In this document: one piece after another, positions 27,226 to 35,957 of the stretch
Layout of the letters: each line of letters starts with the position of its first letter
How positions within the stretch are numbered: the first letter of the stretch is position 1
Origin: Candidatus Daviesbacteria bacterium RIFCSPHIGHO2_01_FULL_40_11
Lineage (GTDB): Bacteria; Patescibacteriota; Microgenomatia; Daviesbacterales; UBA10151
Direction of reading: 5' to 3'
Assembly: GCA_001776635.1 (NCBI GenBank)
Contig: MFCP01000021.1
Coordinates: forward strand, 1-42,030
Length of the DNA: 42,030 nucleotides
Translations under genes and position numbers: made by a program
Notes under the pieces: generated by a model
Told to the model about the DNA's origin: nothing
Seen by the model: only the letters and a program-made list of their open reading frames with translations
Database searches by the model: none

Positions 27226-28744
27226 CCTCACGCCTTACTTCAAGCTCTAAAGAACCTAACATTTCTTTTGAAACAAATTCCATATCTTTAAAATCATTTT
27301 CCCAAGCCTGTCTCATTTGGATTCTGTCCGGTTCCTTTATTAAGAATATGAGTCCCGAGAAATTGTCTTTTACGCCTTGGAATTTTTCTTGACTTGGAAT
27401 GTAGGTTGGTTTATTGGGAGAATAAACATATTCCCCCGGAATATATCCATATTTTTTCTGCCCATACCACCAAAAAAGATACTGATACGGATAATCATAA
27501 ACCGAAGGCAGATAAGTATATACTTTAAAGTTTTGCCCCGCTGCTTTTTGATAAACATAATCTATAGCCGATATTTCATTCTTATATAACGAAGGGTCCA
27601 AATTAGGTTTTCCCAAGTCGTTTAGAAAAAAGTTGCCAATATTGAGTAGTCCAAACCAGACAATTGAAATCGAAAGAGCAACAGATATCAATTTGCTAAC
27701 TATCCTTCCCTCCATGAGTTTTTTAAGAAGATATGCTATCAATATTAGCGAGACCGCCATATCTCCCCCCAAATGCCAAGGATTAACAGTAACAGGTAAA
27801 ATTAGGTAACCAAGAAAGGGAACAGCAATAAAAATCATACTAACGTAAACTAACTTATCTTTCTTTGCTTCTTTTATAAAATTGTAAGCTAAAGGAACAG
27901 AAAGAAGTAGGATTATACCGGTAAACATTTTATGGTTCATCAGTATCGGCAAAAATGTGTCATAAAAACTGGAGGCAATAACTTGGAAACGATTCAAAAA
28001 GTTGAATCCATTACCGGAATTTTCCGACAAGTGCCTCAAAATTGCCCTACTCATTATAAATTGATGTCTTAAGTCAAAAATAATTTGTGGCAACAAAGTT
28101 AATGCAAAAGCGCCAACTCCTACCCAAAACCCTTTTTGTTTCAGAAGCTTTAAATTTTTTGTCAAAATTACACTAGCAAGGATTATTAATGGGATAAATA
28201 TTCCAAAATTCATCTCGAAATTAAAAAACAATCCGCCTAAAAACCAAGCAGAGATTACGTAAATTACCTTTCCATTTTCTAAATATTTAACTAATAAATA
28301 GATAAATAAAGGCGAAAGGAGCGTTACCGGATTTGGGTTAAAAGCATAAAGGTTAGTTAAAACTATGTAGTTTGAGGCAATCCAGATAGCACCTATGGGT
28401 ATTACCAGAAAGCTACTCCATCTGTTCACTAACTTCAGCAGGAAAAATCCCCCAATTGCCCAAAGCAGAATCTCCATTAAAATCGAAGTATACGGGTCAC
28501 CCCCTGAAAGCACAAAGGGTATTGCGAGTAAATAATACCATGCCGGGCCGTTATAAAAACCCTCGATTGCAGACGTCGGACCTATAAGCCGCAGTTTTGG
28601 TAAAACTACCATCTCCCTTACATCAACCATATCCCGGGCATTATCCATGTTAAAAAGAAAATTCCCGTTTGCTGTTAACGCCAGCCGGTACAAAATACCA
28701 ATAAATAAAATTACCAGGACAACAATTGTGAGATTTCTACTCAT
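27215..28744 (-). CDS. PMT/ArnT-like GT-C glycosyltransferase
   Basis: FNMDNARD...LIGPTSAIEGFYNGPAWYY, AFNPNP, PQIIFDLRH; paralog of the GT-C half of 10123-12294. Confidence 0.78.
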   Translation of the reverse strand: MSRNLTIVVLVILFIGILYRLALTANGNFLFNMDNARDMVDVREMVVLPKLRLIGPTSAIEGFYNGPAWYYLLAIPFVLSGGDPYTSILMEILLWAIGGFFLLKLVNRWSSFLVIPIGAIWIASNYIVLTNLYAFNPNPVTLLSPLFIYLLVKYLENGKVIYVISAWFLGGLFFNFEMNFGIFIPLIILASVILTKNLKLLKQKGFWVGVGAFALTLLPQIIFDLRHQFIMSRAILRHLSENSGNGFNFLNRFQVIASSFYDTFLPILMNHKMFTGIILLLSVPLAYNFIKEAKKDKLVYVSMIFIAVPFLGYLILPVTVNPWHLGGDMAVSLILIAYLLKKLMEGRIVSKLISVALSISIVWFGLLNIGNFFLNDLGKPNLDPSLYKNEISAIDYVYQKAAGQNFKVYTYLPSVYDYPYQYLFWWYGQKKYGYIPGEYVYSPNKPTYIPSQEKFQGVKDNFSGLIFLIKEPDRIQMRQAWENDFKDMEFVSKEMLGSLELEVRREVKK

Positions 28745-30227
28745 TTGTTTTTGGGACCCTTACTTGCAGTTTAATAGAACCATAACTTATCTCTTTAGTC
28801 AATTTTGTTTTACTGTTCTCCGTATCCGACTCTTCATTGTAAAATCTTGGCGGGATCCCATCAGCAGGCTCCATTATTAAAAATGATTTATCTTGTGGTT
28901 TATCAATTTTTTTCAAAGACTCAACCCCTAATAAACCAACCTGGTCATGGCCGTAAAATGCTGGAACATACCCATATTTACCTTTACCATACCAGGAATA
29001 CAGATAAGCCCAAGTGGTATTGGTCCAAAGGGGGAGAGTAACAGTATTGATTGAGAAGGCGCTGCCTGATGCCTCTTTGTATGTTTCATCAATTAAACTC
29101 AATTGATTTTTTAAATTCATATCATTTGGAATGACCAAAATAACTTGACCATCGGGATTATACTTAAAAATTGCTGCCAGATTGGAAAGCAGGCTTAAAA
29201 AAATAACTGCAAAAACCAGTATCTTACTAACCCTCCAAATACTCCGAAGCAACACTACAACCGCTAGAATTGCCGGAGTTGAGAGTCCGATATTTGCATA
29301 AGTGTTTGTATGCCCACCAAATAAAAATATGGGAATATTCGAGAAAAGATAGAAGTAAAGTATGCGCTCCTTTCTAATGAAATAGACAACAACAAAAGAG
29401 AGAACCCCTCCTAATAAAACGTTCGTAGGGAAGAAATTAAATGTAAAGATTTCTGTAAACCTATTAATATAATTATGGAATAACTCATCAAATTGGGGTC
29501 TAAAATCAATCTGTCCGGCTGTCCCGATATTAGAAAAACCAAGAAATATTTTTTCAAAAGTTTTAAATTTAACTGCTGCAACAAAAAAGTTAATTAGCCC
29601 CAAAAGGGCAACTAGGCAAGATATACCGATTACTTTTGGGTGCGTTTTGATTTTAAAAATAATTCCAAATATCGGGATTAAGAAAAAAAGATAAATCAGG
29701 AAAAATTGAAATTGGGTAGACAGTGCAGCTAAAAGAGTAGCTAAATACAATCCATAAGTTTTACCTTTCTGCCACTCTCGTAAGAACAGAAAGAATAGGG
29801 CAATAGTGAATACCGCAGGAGCAGGATTGGAAATCCAAGAGGCATATTGGGTTGCCTCAAAAGATACCACAAAAAGAAATCCAGCAAGAATAGCCCATTT
29901 AGTACTCTTAAAAAGATCCTTAGCCAAAATTACGATCGGGATGATCACAATGGAATTGAGAAATGATAGGAAAATCGCCACGACCCTAGGATCTCCTTGA
30001 CCCAACATGTAAAAAGGAGCAATCAGATAATAATAAAAAATACCGTGGTAAAGCCCCGATGTTGAAGTCGGAGGACCTAAAACTTTTAAGTCATGATTTT
30101 TCCAAATCTGCTCTGCTTCATAGGCATCCCTCGCCATATCATAATGAAACGACACACCTCCCTGGTAGATAAAGAGTATCCTGATAATAAATGCCAGTAT
30201 TACCAACACAAAAATTGCCTTAATCAT
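28737..30227 (-). CDS. PMT/ArnT-like GT-C glycosyltransferase
   Basis: FHYDMARD...LGPPTSTSGLYHGIFYYY, WISNP; start set at ATG 30227 (TACATT lies 7 nt upstream). Confidence 0.78.
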   Translation of the reverse strand: MIKAIFVLVILAFIIRILFIYQGGVSFHYDMARDAYEAEQIWKNHDLKVLGPPTSTSGLYHGIFYYYLIAPFYMLGQGDPRVVAIFLSFLNSIVIIPIVILAKDLFKSTKWAILAGFLFVVSFEATQYASWISNPAPAVFTIALFFLFLREWQKGKTYGLYLATLLAALSTQFQFFLIYLFFLIPIFGIIFKIKTHPKVIGISCLVALLGLINFFVAAVKFKTFEKIFLGFSNIGTAGQIDFRPQFDELFHNYINRFTEIFTFNFFPTNVLLGGVLSFVVVYFIRKERILYFYLFSNIPIFLFGGHTNTYANIGLSTPAILAVVVLLRSIWRVSKILVFAVIFLSLLSNLAAIFKYNPDGQVILVIPNDMNLKNQLSLIDETYKEASGSAFSINTVTLPLWTNTTWAYLYSWYGKGKYGYVPAFYGHDQVGLLGVESLKKIDKPQDKSFLIMEPADGIPPRFYNEESDTENSKTKLTKEISYGSIKLQVRVPKTNE

Positions 30228-30275
30228 CACCTCTAATGTAACCACACTAAACTTTTTTTGCAATCCTCCCTTTTT

Positions 30276-30309
30276 GTCATTCTGATCCGGCTTTGTCGGA
30301 GAAGAATCT
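30276..30309 (+). repeat. REP-like palindrome GTC-ATTCT-GA-TCCGGC-TTT-GTCGGA-GA-AGAAT-CT
   Basis: Intergenic between divergent genes; stem interrupted by opposed GA/GA. Confidence 0.7.
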
Positions 30310-30326
30310 GTGTTAAAATTAATCTC

Positions 30327-31247
30327 ATGAGGGTTTTAGTTACAGGTGGGGCCGGATTCATCGGATCCCATGTCAATAAATTACTGCTGGATCAGGGGCA
30401 TTCAGTTACAGTTGTTGATGACCTATCAAAAGGACACCAAGACTCCATAGATGCTAGGGTAGATTTTCACCAAATTGGCCTTGAAAACCAGGAGGAACTT
30501 GAAAAAATTCTGCCGGGCCACGACGGCGTTATCCACATGGCTTCTTTTATAGAAGTTGGCGAGTCGGTTAAAAAACCGGTGGAGTTTGCTCAGAATAATA
30601 TTGTAGGAACTGTGAAATTACTTGAGGCCATGAAAAATGCTAACGTAAAAAAAATGATTTTTTCCTCAAGTGCTTGTGTTTATGGCAAACCTGAAAAATT
30701 GCCTATCACGGAAGAAGATCCTTTAGGAGAGCAAGAAAATCCGTATGGAATAACCAAAGTAACTATGGAAGAGTTTTGCAAGCTATTCCATACCCTACAC
30801 AATTTTGATGTTACAATTCTTCGTTACTTTAACCCCTACGGCCCGGGTGAGCTACATGAGCCGGAAACCCATGCCATCCCTAACTTTGTAAAATCAGCTC
30901 TTACTAAAACCCCGATTCCCTTATTTTGGAAAGGTGAACAAATTAGGGATTTTATTTTCATTGATGATTTGGCCCAGGCCCATATCCTGGCTCTAACCCT
31001 GACAGGATTACATATATATAATGTAGGAACGGAAAGCGGGGTAAAAGTCGCTGATGTCGTAAAGCAGATTTTTGAAATTGTCGGGTACGAAGTTCCTATA
31101 GATGATAAAGGAGAAAGAAAGGGTGATGTGCCGGCTTTAGTTGCATCATCTGAAAAACTCAAAAAAGAATTGGGCTGGAACGCAAAAGTAAACCTAGAAG
31201 AGGGCCTTAAAAAAACCATCGAATTCTTCAAAAATCAAAACCTTTAA
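30327..31247 (+). CDS. galE: UDP-glucose 4-epimerase-like extended SDR
   Basis: MRVLVTGGAGFIGSH, EVGESVKKP, FSSSACVYG, NPYGITK, LRYFN, PETHAIP; ATG 30327 is 7 nt after TGTTAAAAT (30311-30319). Confidence 0.85.
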   Translation: MRVLVTGGAGFIGSHVNKLLLDQGHSVTVVDDLSKGHQDSIDARVDFHQIGLENQEELEKILPGHDGVIHMASFIEVGESVKKPVEFAQNNIVGTVKLLEAMKNANVKKMIFSSSACVYGKPEKLPITEEDPLGEQENPYGITKVTMEEFCKLFHTLHNFDVTILRYFNPYGPGELHEPETHAIPNFVKSALTKTPIPLFWKGEQIRDFIFIDDLAQAHILALTLTGLHIYNVGTESGVKVADVVKQIFEIVGYEVPIDDKGERKGDVPALVASSEKLKKELGWNAKVNLEEGLKKTIEFFKNQNL

Positions 31248-31248
31248 T

Positions 31249-31284
31249 GGTTCCATTTTTTCGCAATAGCGAAATTATGGTACC
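31249..31284. repeat. 36-bp imperfect palindrome, copy 2; candidate bidirectional terminator between convergent genes
   Basis: GGTTCCATTTTTTCGCAATAGCGAAATTATGGTACC. Confidence 0.75.
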
Positions 31285-31298
31285 TTTCTAAAAGGTCT

Positions 31299-32054
31299 CT
31301 ATCTATTCCCTCCACCGCCTTTTTTCCAAGGGACTGCAGATAAAAAAGGATAAAATAAGTCTTCTTTCTCGGGAATTTCAAAACTATCATCGGAAGTTTT
31401 GGGTTTAAATTCTTTATCAATAAATTCTATATATGGGATATCTGTAATAATAGCCAAGGGTTGTTGTTCTACCCCTTCCCCCATCTCTAAAACTGCTGCC
31501 GTTGCCAGACAGTCCGCTATATCGGTTGTTTCCATTTCAAACCGGCGGCCAAATAAATCTACCATCCCCCGGTAATCCTTTAGCGGCTTAAATCCAAAAT
31601 ATGAAATTGCCATCCCCAAAACTCCCCTCCTTAAAGGGGTTACCCGGGAATCGGTAATAATAACTCCTAGGTTTTTAAGCTGGAATTTTTTCCTTAAAAA
31701 CTGCCAAATCTTTCTTGCTGAAAATGCCGGATTTTTCGGCCACAGGATATAGTAACCGTCGGCGTTACTTTCATCAATCCCGGCAGTTGCTACCAATAAG
31801 TTATTTTTAATTGTATATATGGTCCATTTATTTAGTGAAAGTTCTCTCGGCAAATATTTATCTGATTCCTGAGCAATGAGTTCATCTTTAGCAATGCTGC
31901 CTATTGGAATACAGCGCTCTTCCCCAATTGCCACCACCTTAGAAGTCACCGCCACGACTGAGCGTTCTTTTAAAGTTTTTATTGCAGAGAGCAAATCCCA
32001 TAAATTATCTTTTGGCGGTAAAAATTTTCTTGTCGTAATTGCTTGAACTTTCAT
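31299..32054 (-). CDS. CofE-family (F420-0:gamma-glutamyl ligase-like) protein
   Basis: VAVTSKVVAIGE, AGIDESNA, GVIITDS...PLRRG, DYRGMVDLFGR, DIADCLATAAVLEMGEG.EQQPLAII; start at ATG 32054. Confidence 0.85.
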   Translation of the reverse strand: MKVQAITTRKFLPPKDNLWDLLSAIKTLKERSVVAVTSKVVAIGEERCIPIGSIAKDELIAQESDKYLPRELSLNKWTIYTIKNNLLVATAGIDESNADGYYILWPKNPAFSARKIWQFLRKKFQLKNLGVIITDSRVTPLRRGVLGMAISYFGFKPLKDYRGMVDLFGRRFEMETTDIADCLATAAVLEMGEGVEQQPLAIITDIPYIEFIDKEFKPKTSDDSFEIPEKEDLFYPFLSAVPWKKGGGGNR

Positions 32055-32062
32055 AGACCCAA

Positions 32063-32108
32063 AGTCTATCAGGAAGCGATTGCACATTCAAATCGCAACT
32101 GTTACTAT
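32063..32108. promoter_or_regulatory. Overlapping divergent promoters: TTGAAT-17-TAGACT (-) and TTGCAC-17-TACTAT (+), both with TGn
   Basis: The -10 boxes lie 8 and 7 nt upstream of ATG 32054 and ATG 32116; inverted repeat GCGATT-N9-AATCGC at 32076-32096. Confidence 0.62.
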
Positions 32109-32115
32109 CATTTAG

Positions 32116-33588
32116 ATGCGCAGATCCCATTTATTAATCCTGGCGTTAATTTTAGTTATTGGCCTATTTTTTAGATCCTATCAATTAACTGAGCGGTTTG
32201 AATTTGCCCATGACGGAGACCTATATTCCTGGATCGTCAAAGATATTGTCGTAAACCATCACTTCCGCCTCATAGGACAATTAACATCTGCTCCTGGCAT
32301 TTTTATTGGAGGTTTATTCTACTACTTACTGATTCCATTCTTCTTATTGTCAAATATGGATCCTATCGGCACAACTAGTTTTGCAATAATAATTGGCCTG
32401 GTAACAATATTCAGTTTATATTTTGTATTATCAAAATTATTTAAAACTGAAGTAGGTTTAATCGCTTCCTTCTTGTATGCAACTTTACTTACCACCGTCA
32501 ACGCCGACCGGTGGATTGTCCCGACTGTTACCACTAATCTTTGGGTTATCTGGTATTTCTACGGAGTCATCAAGATCGCTCGGGGTGATTATAGAGTCCT
32601 TCCTATTTTGGGGATACTCATCGGTTTAATATGGCATGTCCATATTGCCCTGATCCCGGCACTAATTGCAATCCCTGCCGCAATCTATTTTGCAAAAAAA
32701 TTACCTAATACGAAACAAGTTGCCCAATTTTTTATTGCATTATTCGCAACTTCTTTACCGCTTCTGATGTTTGAAGCAAGACATGGATTCGGACAAACTC
32801 TTAGCTTAATAAGTAATTTCACTACCCCTCAGGTAGGTGCAACCGGATTATACAAGCTCACTCTGGTTTTAAATATGGTCGTAAAAAATATAAGCGTCCT
32901 CTTCTTTGCTCCACAATCTTTCAGTCAGACATTTAACATATTTTTTGTTTTAATAATTATTCTTTTAGGATTTTTATTGATAAGAAAAAAGATTTTATCT
33001 CAAAAAGAGTTTCTAATTTTCTTAATCTGGATTGCCGGAGTAATTGCTTTCTTTGGACTCTCTTCATCACCAATCTCCGAATATTATTTTTCCAACATTG
33101 GAATAATCTTTTTAAGTCTGGTCAGCCTTTTGCTATATCTGATATTTAAATCCTCCTACTTAGGTAAGGCTTTGGTAGCCGGCCTTTTGATACTTATTCC
33201 CATTAAGAATGGTTATTTTATGATTACTCAAGATTATTATCACAAGGGGTATATAGAGAAAAAAGCAGTTGTGAATTTTATAAAGACGGACTCGGAAAAT
33301 AGAGGTTTTCCCTGTATAGGAATAAGCTATATCACAGCAGCAGGGGAGAATGTTGGGTTTCGATATTTCTTTTATCTTAAAAACATGCATCTAGTACATC
33401 CATCTCTTAACATCCCTGTCTATAACATAGTTATCCCTGACGAGCTATCTTTAGGGGAAGCTAAACAAAAATTCGGTCACATCGGAGTAATTCCACCAAC
33501 TAAAGTTCCGTCACTAGAGACCATACAGAAAACCTGCCAAACCCCTAATACCAATTTAACCGATTCACTGTTTGGGTATGTAGACTAA
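32116..33588 (+). CDS. PMT/ArnT-like GT-C glycosyltransferase
   Basis: FAHDGDLY...LIGQLTSAPGIFIGGLFYY, PLLMFEARH, SEYYF; multi-TM. Confidence 0.75.
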   Translation: MRRSHLLILALILVIGLFFRSYQLTERFEFAHDGDLYSWIVKDIVVNHHFRLIGQLTSAPGIFIGGLFYYLLIPFFLLSNMDPIGTTSFAIIIGLVTIFSLYFVLSKLFKTEVGLIASFLYATLLTTVNADRWIVPTVTTNLWVIWYFYGVIKIARGDYRVLPILGILIGLIWHVHIALIPALIAIPAAIYFAKKLPNTKQVAQFFIALFATSLPLLMFEARHGFGQTLSLISNFTTPQVGATGLYKLTLVLNMVVKNISVLFFAPQSFSQTFNIFFVLIIILLGFLLIRKKILSQKEFLIFLIWIAGVIAFFGLSSSPISEYYFSNIGIIFLSLVSLLLYLIFKSSYLGKALVAGLLILIPIKNGYFMITQDYYHKGYIEKKAVVNFIKTDSENRGFPCIGISYITAAGENVGFRYFFYLKNMHLVHPSLNIPVYNIVIPDELSLGEAKQKFGHIGVIPPTKVPSLETIQKTCQTPNTNLTDSLFGYVD

Positions 33589-33592
33589 AACA

Positions 33593-34426
33593 CTAAATTA
33601 CCTTTAATAATTTTATTGCTTTAGGCAAAAGCGGCAAAACATCGCTTGCTAAAACCCCTGCATTACCGATCTTTTTTCTTAATATTTCCCCTGCCAATCC
33701 ATGAATATACACTCCGACTGCAGTCGCATCAAAAGGTTTTAAACCCTGAGCCAACATTCCGGCTATCGCTCCGGCCAGGACATCACCGGTACCGGCAGTA
33801 GCCAAAGCCGGATTGGCGAAAGGGCTTAAAAGCACCTCCCCGCTGGGGGAGACAATCACAGTATTTGTTCCTTTAAGTACTAAAACTTTTTCCCATTTCT
33901 TGGCAAAATATTGTGCGACGTCAATTCGGTCTGACTGGATTTCTTTAATAGTTAAACCTGTTAACCTGGCCATTTCCCCCGAATGGGGAGTCACTACAAC
34001 TTCTCCCTTTAAACTTCTCCACCACTCCCCTACTTTGGATAAAATATTTAACCCATCACCATCAATCACCGTTGGGGGCAAATTGCTGTTTAGAAGATCT
34101 TTCACTAGCTTTACCGTTTGATCGCTTTGTCCCAAGCCTGGACCAATCAATACAACGTCATATTCATTGATTTTTCCAACTACCTCATGGGGCGGTAGAA
34201 AAGTTACCTCAGGCAATTTTCTGGAGACTATTATCTTAACTGTCTGTTCTGTGGCCAAAGTTACCAGACCGGCTCCAACCCGGTAACAAGCTACACAAGC
34301 TAAATATGGCGCCCCCGGATAGTTTTCCGATCCGGCAATAACCAGTACCTTCCCAAATGTTCCTTTATGGGCATTTTTAGGTCTGGTTGGTAATTTTTTA
34401 GCTACCCACTCTTTAGTCAATTCCAT
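33593..34426 (-). CDS. nnrD: ADP-dependent NAD(P)H-hydrate dehydratase (YjeF C-terminal), stand-alone
   Basis: HKGTFGKVLVIAGS, IGPGLG, VIDGDGL, TPHSGEMARL, LATAGTGDVLAG, HGLAG. Confidence 0.92.
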   Translation of the reverse strand: MELTKEWVAKKLPTRPKNAHKGTFGKVLVIAGSENYPGAPYLACVACYRVGAGLVTLATEQTVKIIVSRKLPEVTFLPPHEVVGKINEYDVVLIGPGLGQSDQTVKLVKDLLNSNLPPTVIDGDGLNILSKVGEWWRSLKGEVVVTPHSGEMARLTGLTIKEIQSDRIDVAQYFAKKWEKVLVLKGTNTVIVSPSGEVLLSPFANPALATAGTGDVLAGAIAGMLAQGLKPFDATAVGVYIHGLAGEILRKKIGNAGVLASDVLPLLPKAIKLLKVI

Positions 34427-35957
34427 AAAACTTCAGTCTCTCTGATTGAAGATTTGTTTGGTTTTCAATTCTGGAAGGCAAAACAAAAAGATGGGTACTA
34501 CCGCCATTTTTCTTAATTTCTTTATATTGAGTAAGAAATTGTCCTAAATCCAAGCCCTTGCAATCTTCACAGTAGAAAAAAGTTGGCGGATTTTTATTAA
34601 ACAATTCATGTATTTTTTTGTGAAACTCCGGAATGCCACTCGTCCAAGCATAGTAACCAAATAATTTAGGGGGGTGGTGAGTATCTGATTGCCAATAAAC
34701 AAGCCAAGCATCGGGCGAGACAAATAAAGTATCTTCCGGATTTTTCATAATATTAATAATTTGGCCAATATCGGTATGTGTTGAATAATTAGTTGTATAT
34801 TCTTTTTGTAGATCACTCTTTACAAATAAAGCTTCTTTTGCATAACTCAAACCTGCAAGAAAAGATGCCGTTATTATTACAATAGTAATAATCTTAAAAA
34901 GTCTACCAACATTTTGTTTGAATTGTTCGGTAGAAACTAATAAACTAACAAAGATCAAAACCGAATACCAAGGTAATAAGTGAAAACCTCCGTAAGAACC
35001 GACTCCGGGAGACACAAACCTAATATTACTTAATCCCAACAAAACCACTAACATCAGAGCCCATCTTAACTTACCTCTTTGAATCAAATAAATTATATTT
35101 ATTATCAACATTATCGAGAGCAACCTAATTATCCAAAGGATAGAAGTAACATCGGTCCTTATAAAAGAAAACAGAGGGCTGGCGAAGGCTTTAAGGATCG
35201 TCGCAATCCATGGCTCCCTATAGTATGAAGCATGATATGCTGGGATTGTATAGACAAAGTTAAGAAATAGATAGTTGTAAATATAGCCGGTGAAAGAGCT
35301 ATATTTTCCTACCAAAAAAGCTACCGCCAAAATGGCCAAGAATAAATATAATAGTTTTTGTTTTGAATAATTTTTAAGCTGAAAGATAAGTAAGCTGCCT
35401 AAGAAAGCTAATGCCGGCCAAATTGGACCCAATGTAAAGAAGGTCAAAGTTAAAGAAATTCCTAAAATGATTAGTGTTAGCTTGTTTAATGTTTTGCGAT
35501 ATAAAACAACGCCTACTATAAACAATAAAGGATAAACTACTATCGATTCTGCCAAGAAAAGGTTTCCGAACATGTAACTTTTGGTGAGTTCGTATAAAAC
35601 TACAAACAAAAATCCCCCTATCCCAAAATAGGTAACTATAACTAGCGCCCAAATACCGGACCAGATAGCAACAGCGACTCGATGAGCCACCAGTAATGAA
35701 AAGGTGGTATTTGGGTTTTTTACCTCTTGCACCAAAGCGCTTAAGATATGAGTTATAGGTTGATGGTTTGTAATAATGTCATCATAGAGAATTTCGCCTT
35801 TCGTCAAATACTTTCCAATAGCAAAATTGTATTGCTCGTCAACAAAGGGAAAAGATAAAGCTGTGCTTTTATAGAAAAATCCAGTTACCAATAAAAACAA
35901 TACGGTGACTACAAACATAAACCTGAACTTAACAGTATTATTGAAGCTTTTTATCAT
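34413..35957 (-). CDS. Multi-TM GT-C-like membrane protein
   Basis: PFVDEQYN (DE loop after TM1), LYDDIITNHQP, LAES, FHLLPW, C-terminal soluble domain; start position uncertain. Confidence 0.65.
   Translation of the reverse strand: MIKSFNNTVKFRFMFVVTVLFLLVTGFFYKSTALSFPFVDEQYNFAIGKYLTKGEILYDDIITNHQPITHILSALVQEVKNPNTTFSLLVAHRVAVAIWSGIWALVIVTYFGIGGFLFVVLYELTKSYMFGNLFLAESIVVYPLLFIVGVVLYRKTLNKLTLIILGISLTLTFFTLGPIWPALAFLGSLLIFQLKNYSKQKLLYLFLAILAVAFLVGKYSSFTGYIYNYLFLNFVYTIPAYHASYYREPWIATILKAFASPLFSFIRTDVTSILWIIRLLSIMLIINIIYLIQRGKLRWALMLVVLLGLSNIRFVSPGVGSYGGFHLLPWYSVLIFVSLLVSTEQFKQNVGRLFKIITIVIITASFLAGLSYAKEALFVKSDLQKEYTTNYSTHTDIGQIINIMKNPEDTLFVSPDAWLVYWQSDTHHPPKLFGYYAWTSGIPEFHKKIHELFNKNPPTFFYCEDCKGLDLGQFLTQYKEIKKNGGSTHLFVLPSRIENQTNLQSERLKFYGID

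Noticed and set aside
30258..30326. Track N-terminal extensions of galE and similar ones (MCYTLIL, MCNRFLIDFGS, MTSGFETFIIKL, MQKKFSVVTLEV)
   Set aside because: They translate promoter, repeat or intergenic DNA; downstream ATGs fit family starts and, in most cases, -10 spacing
20509..31284. 36-bp repeats as CRISPR repeats
   Set aside because: Two isolated copies about 10.7 kb apart, with no spacer array and no cas genes
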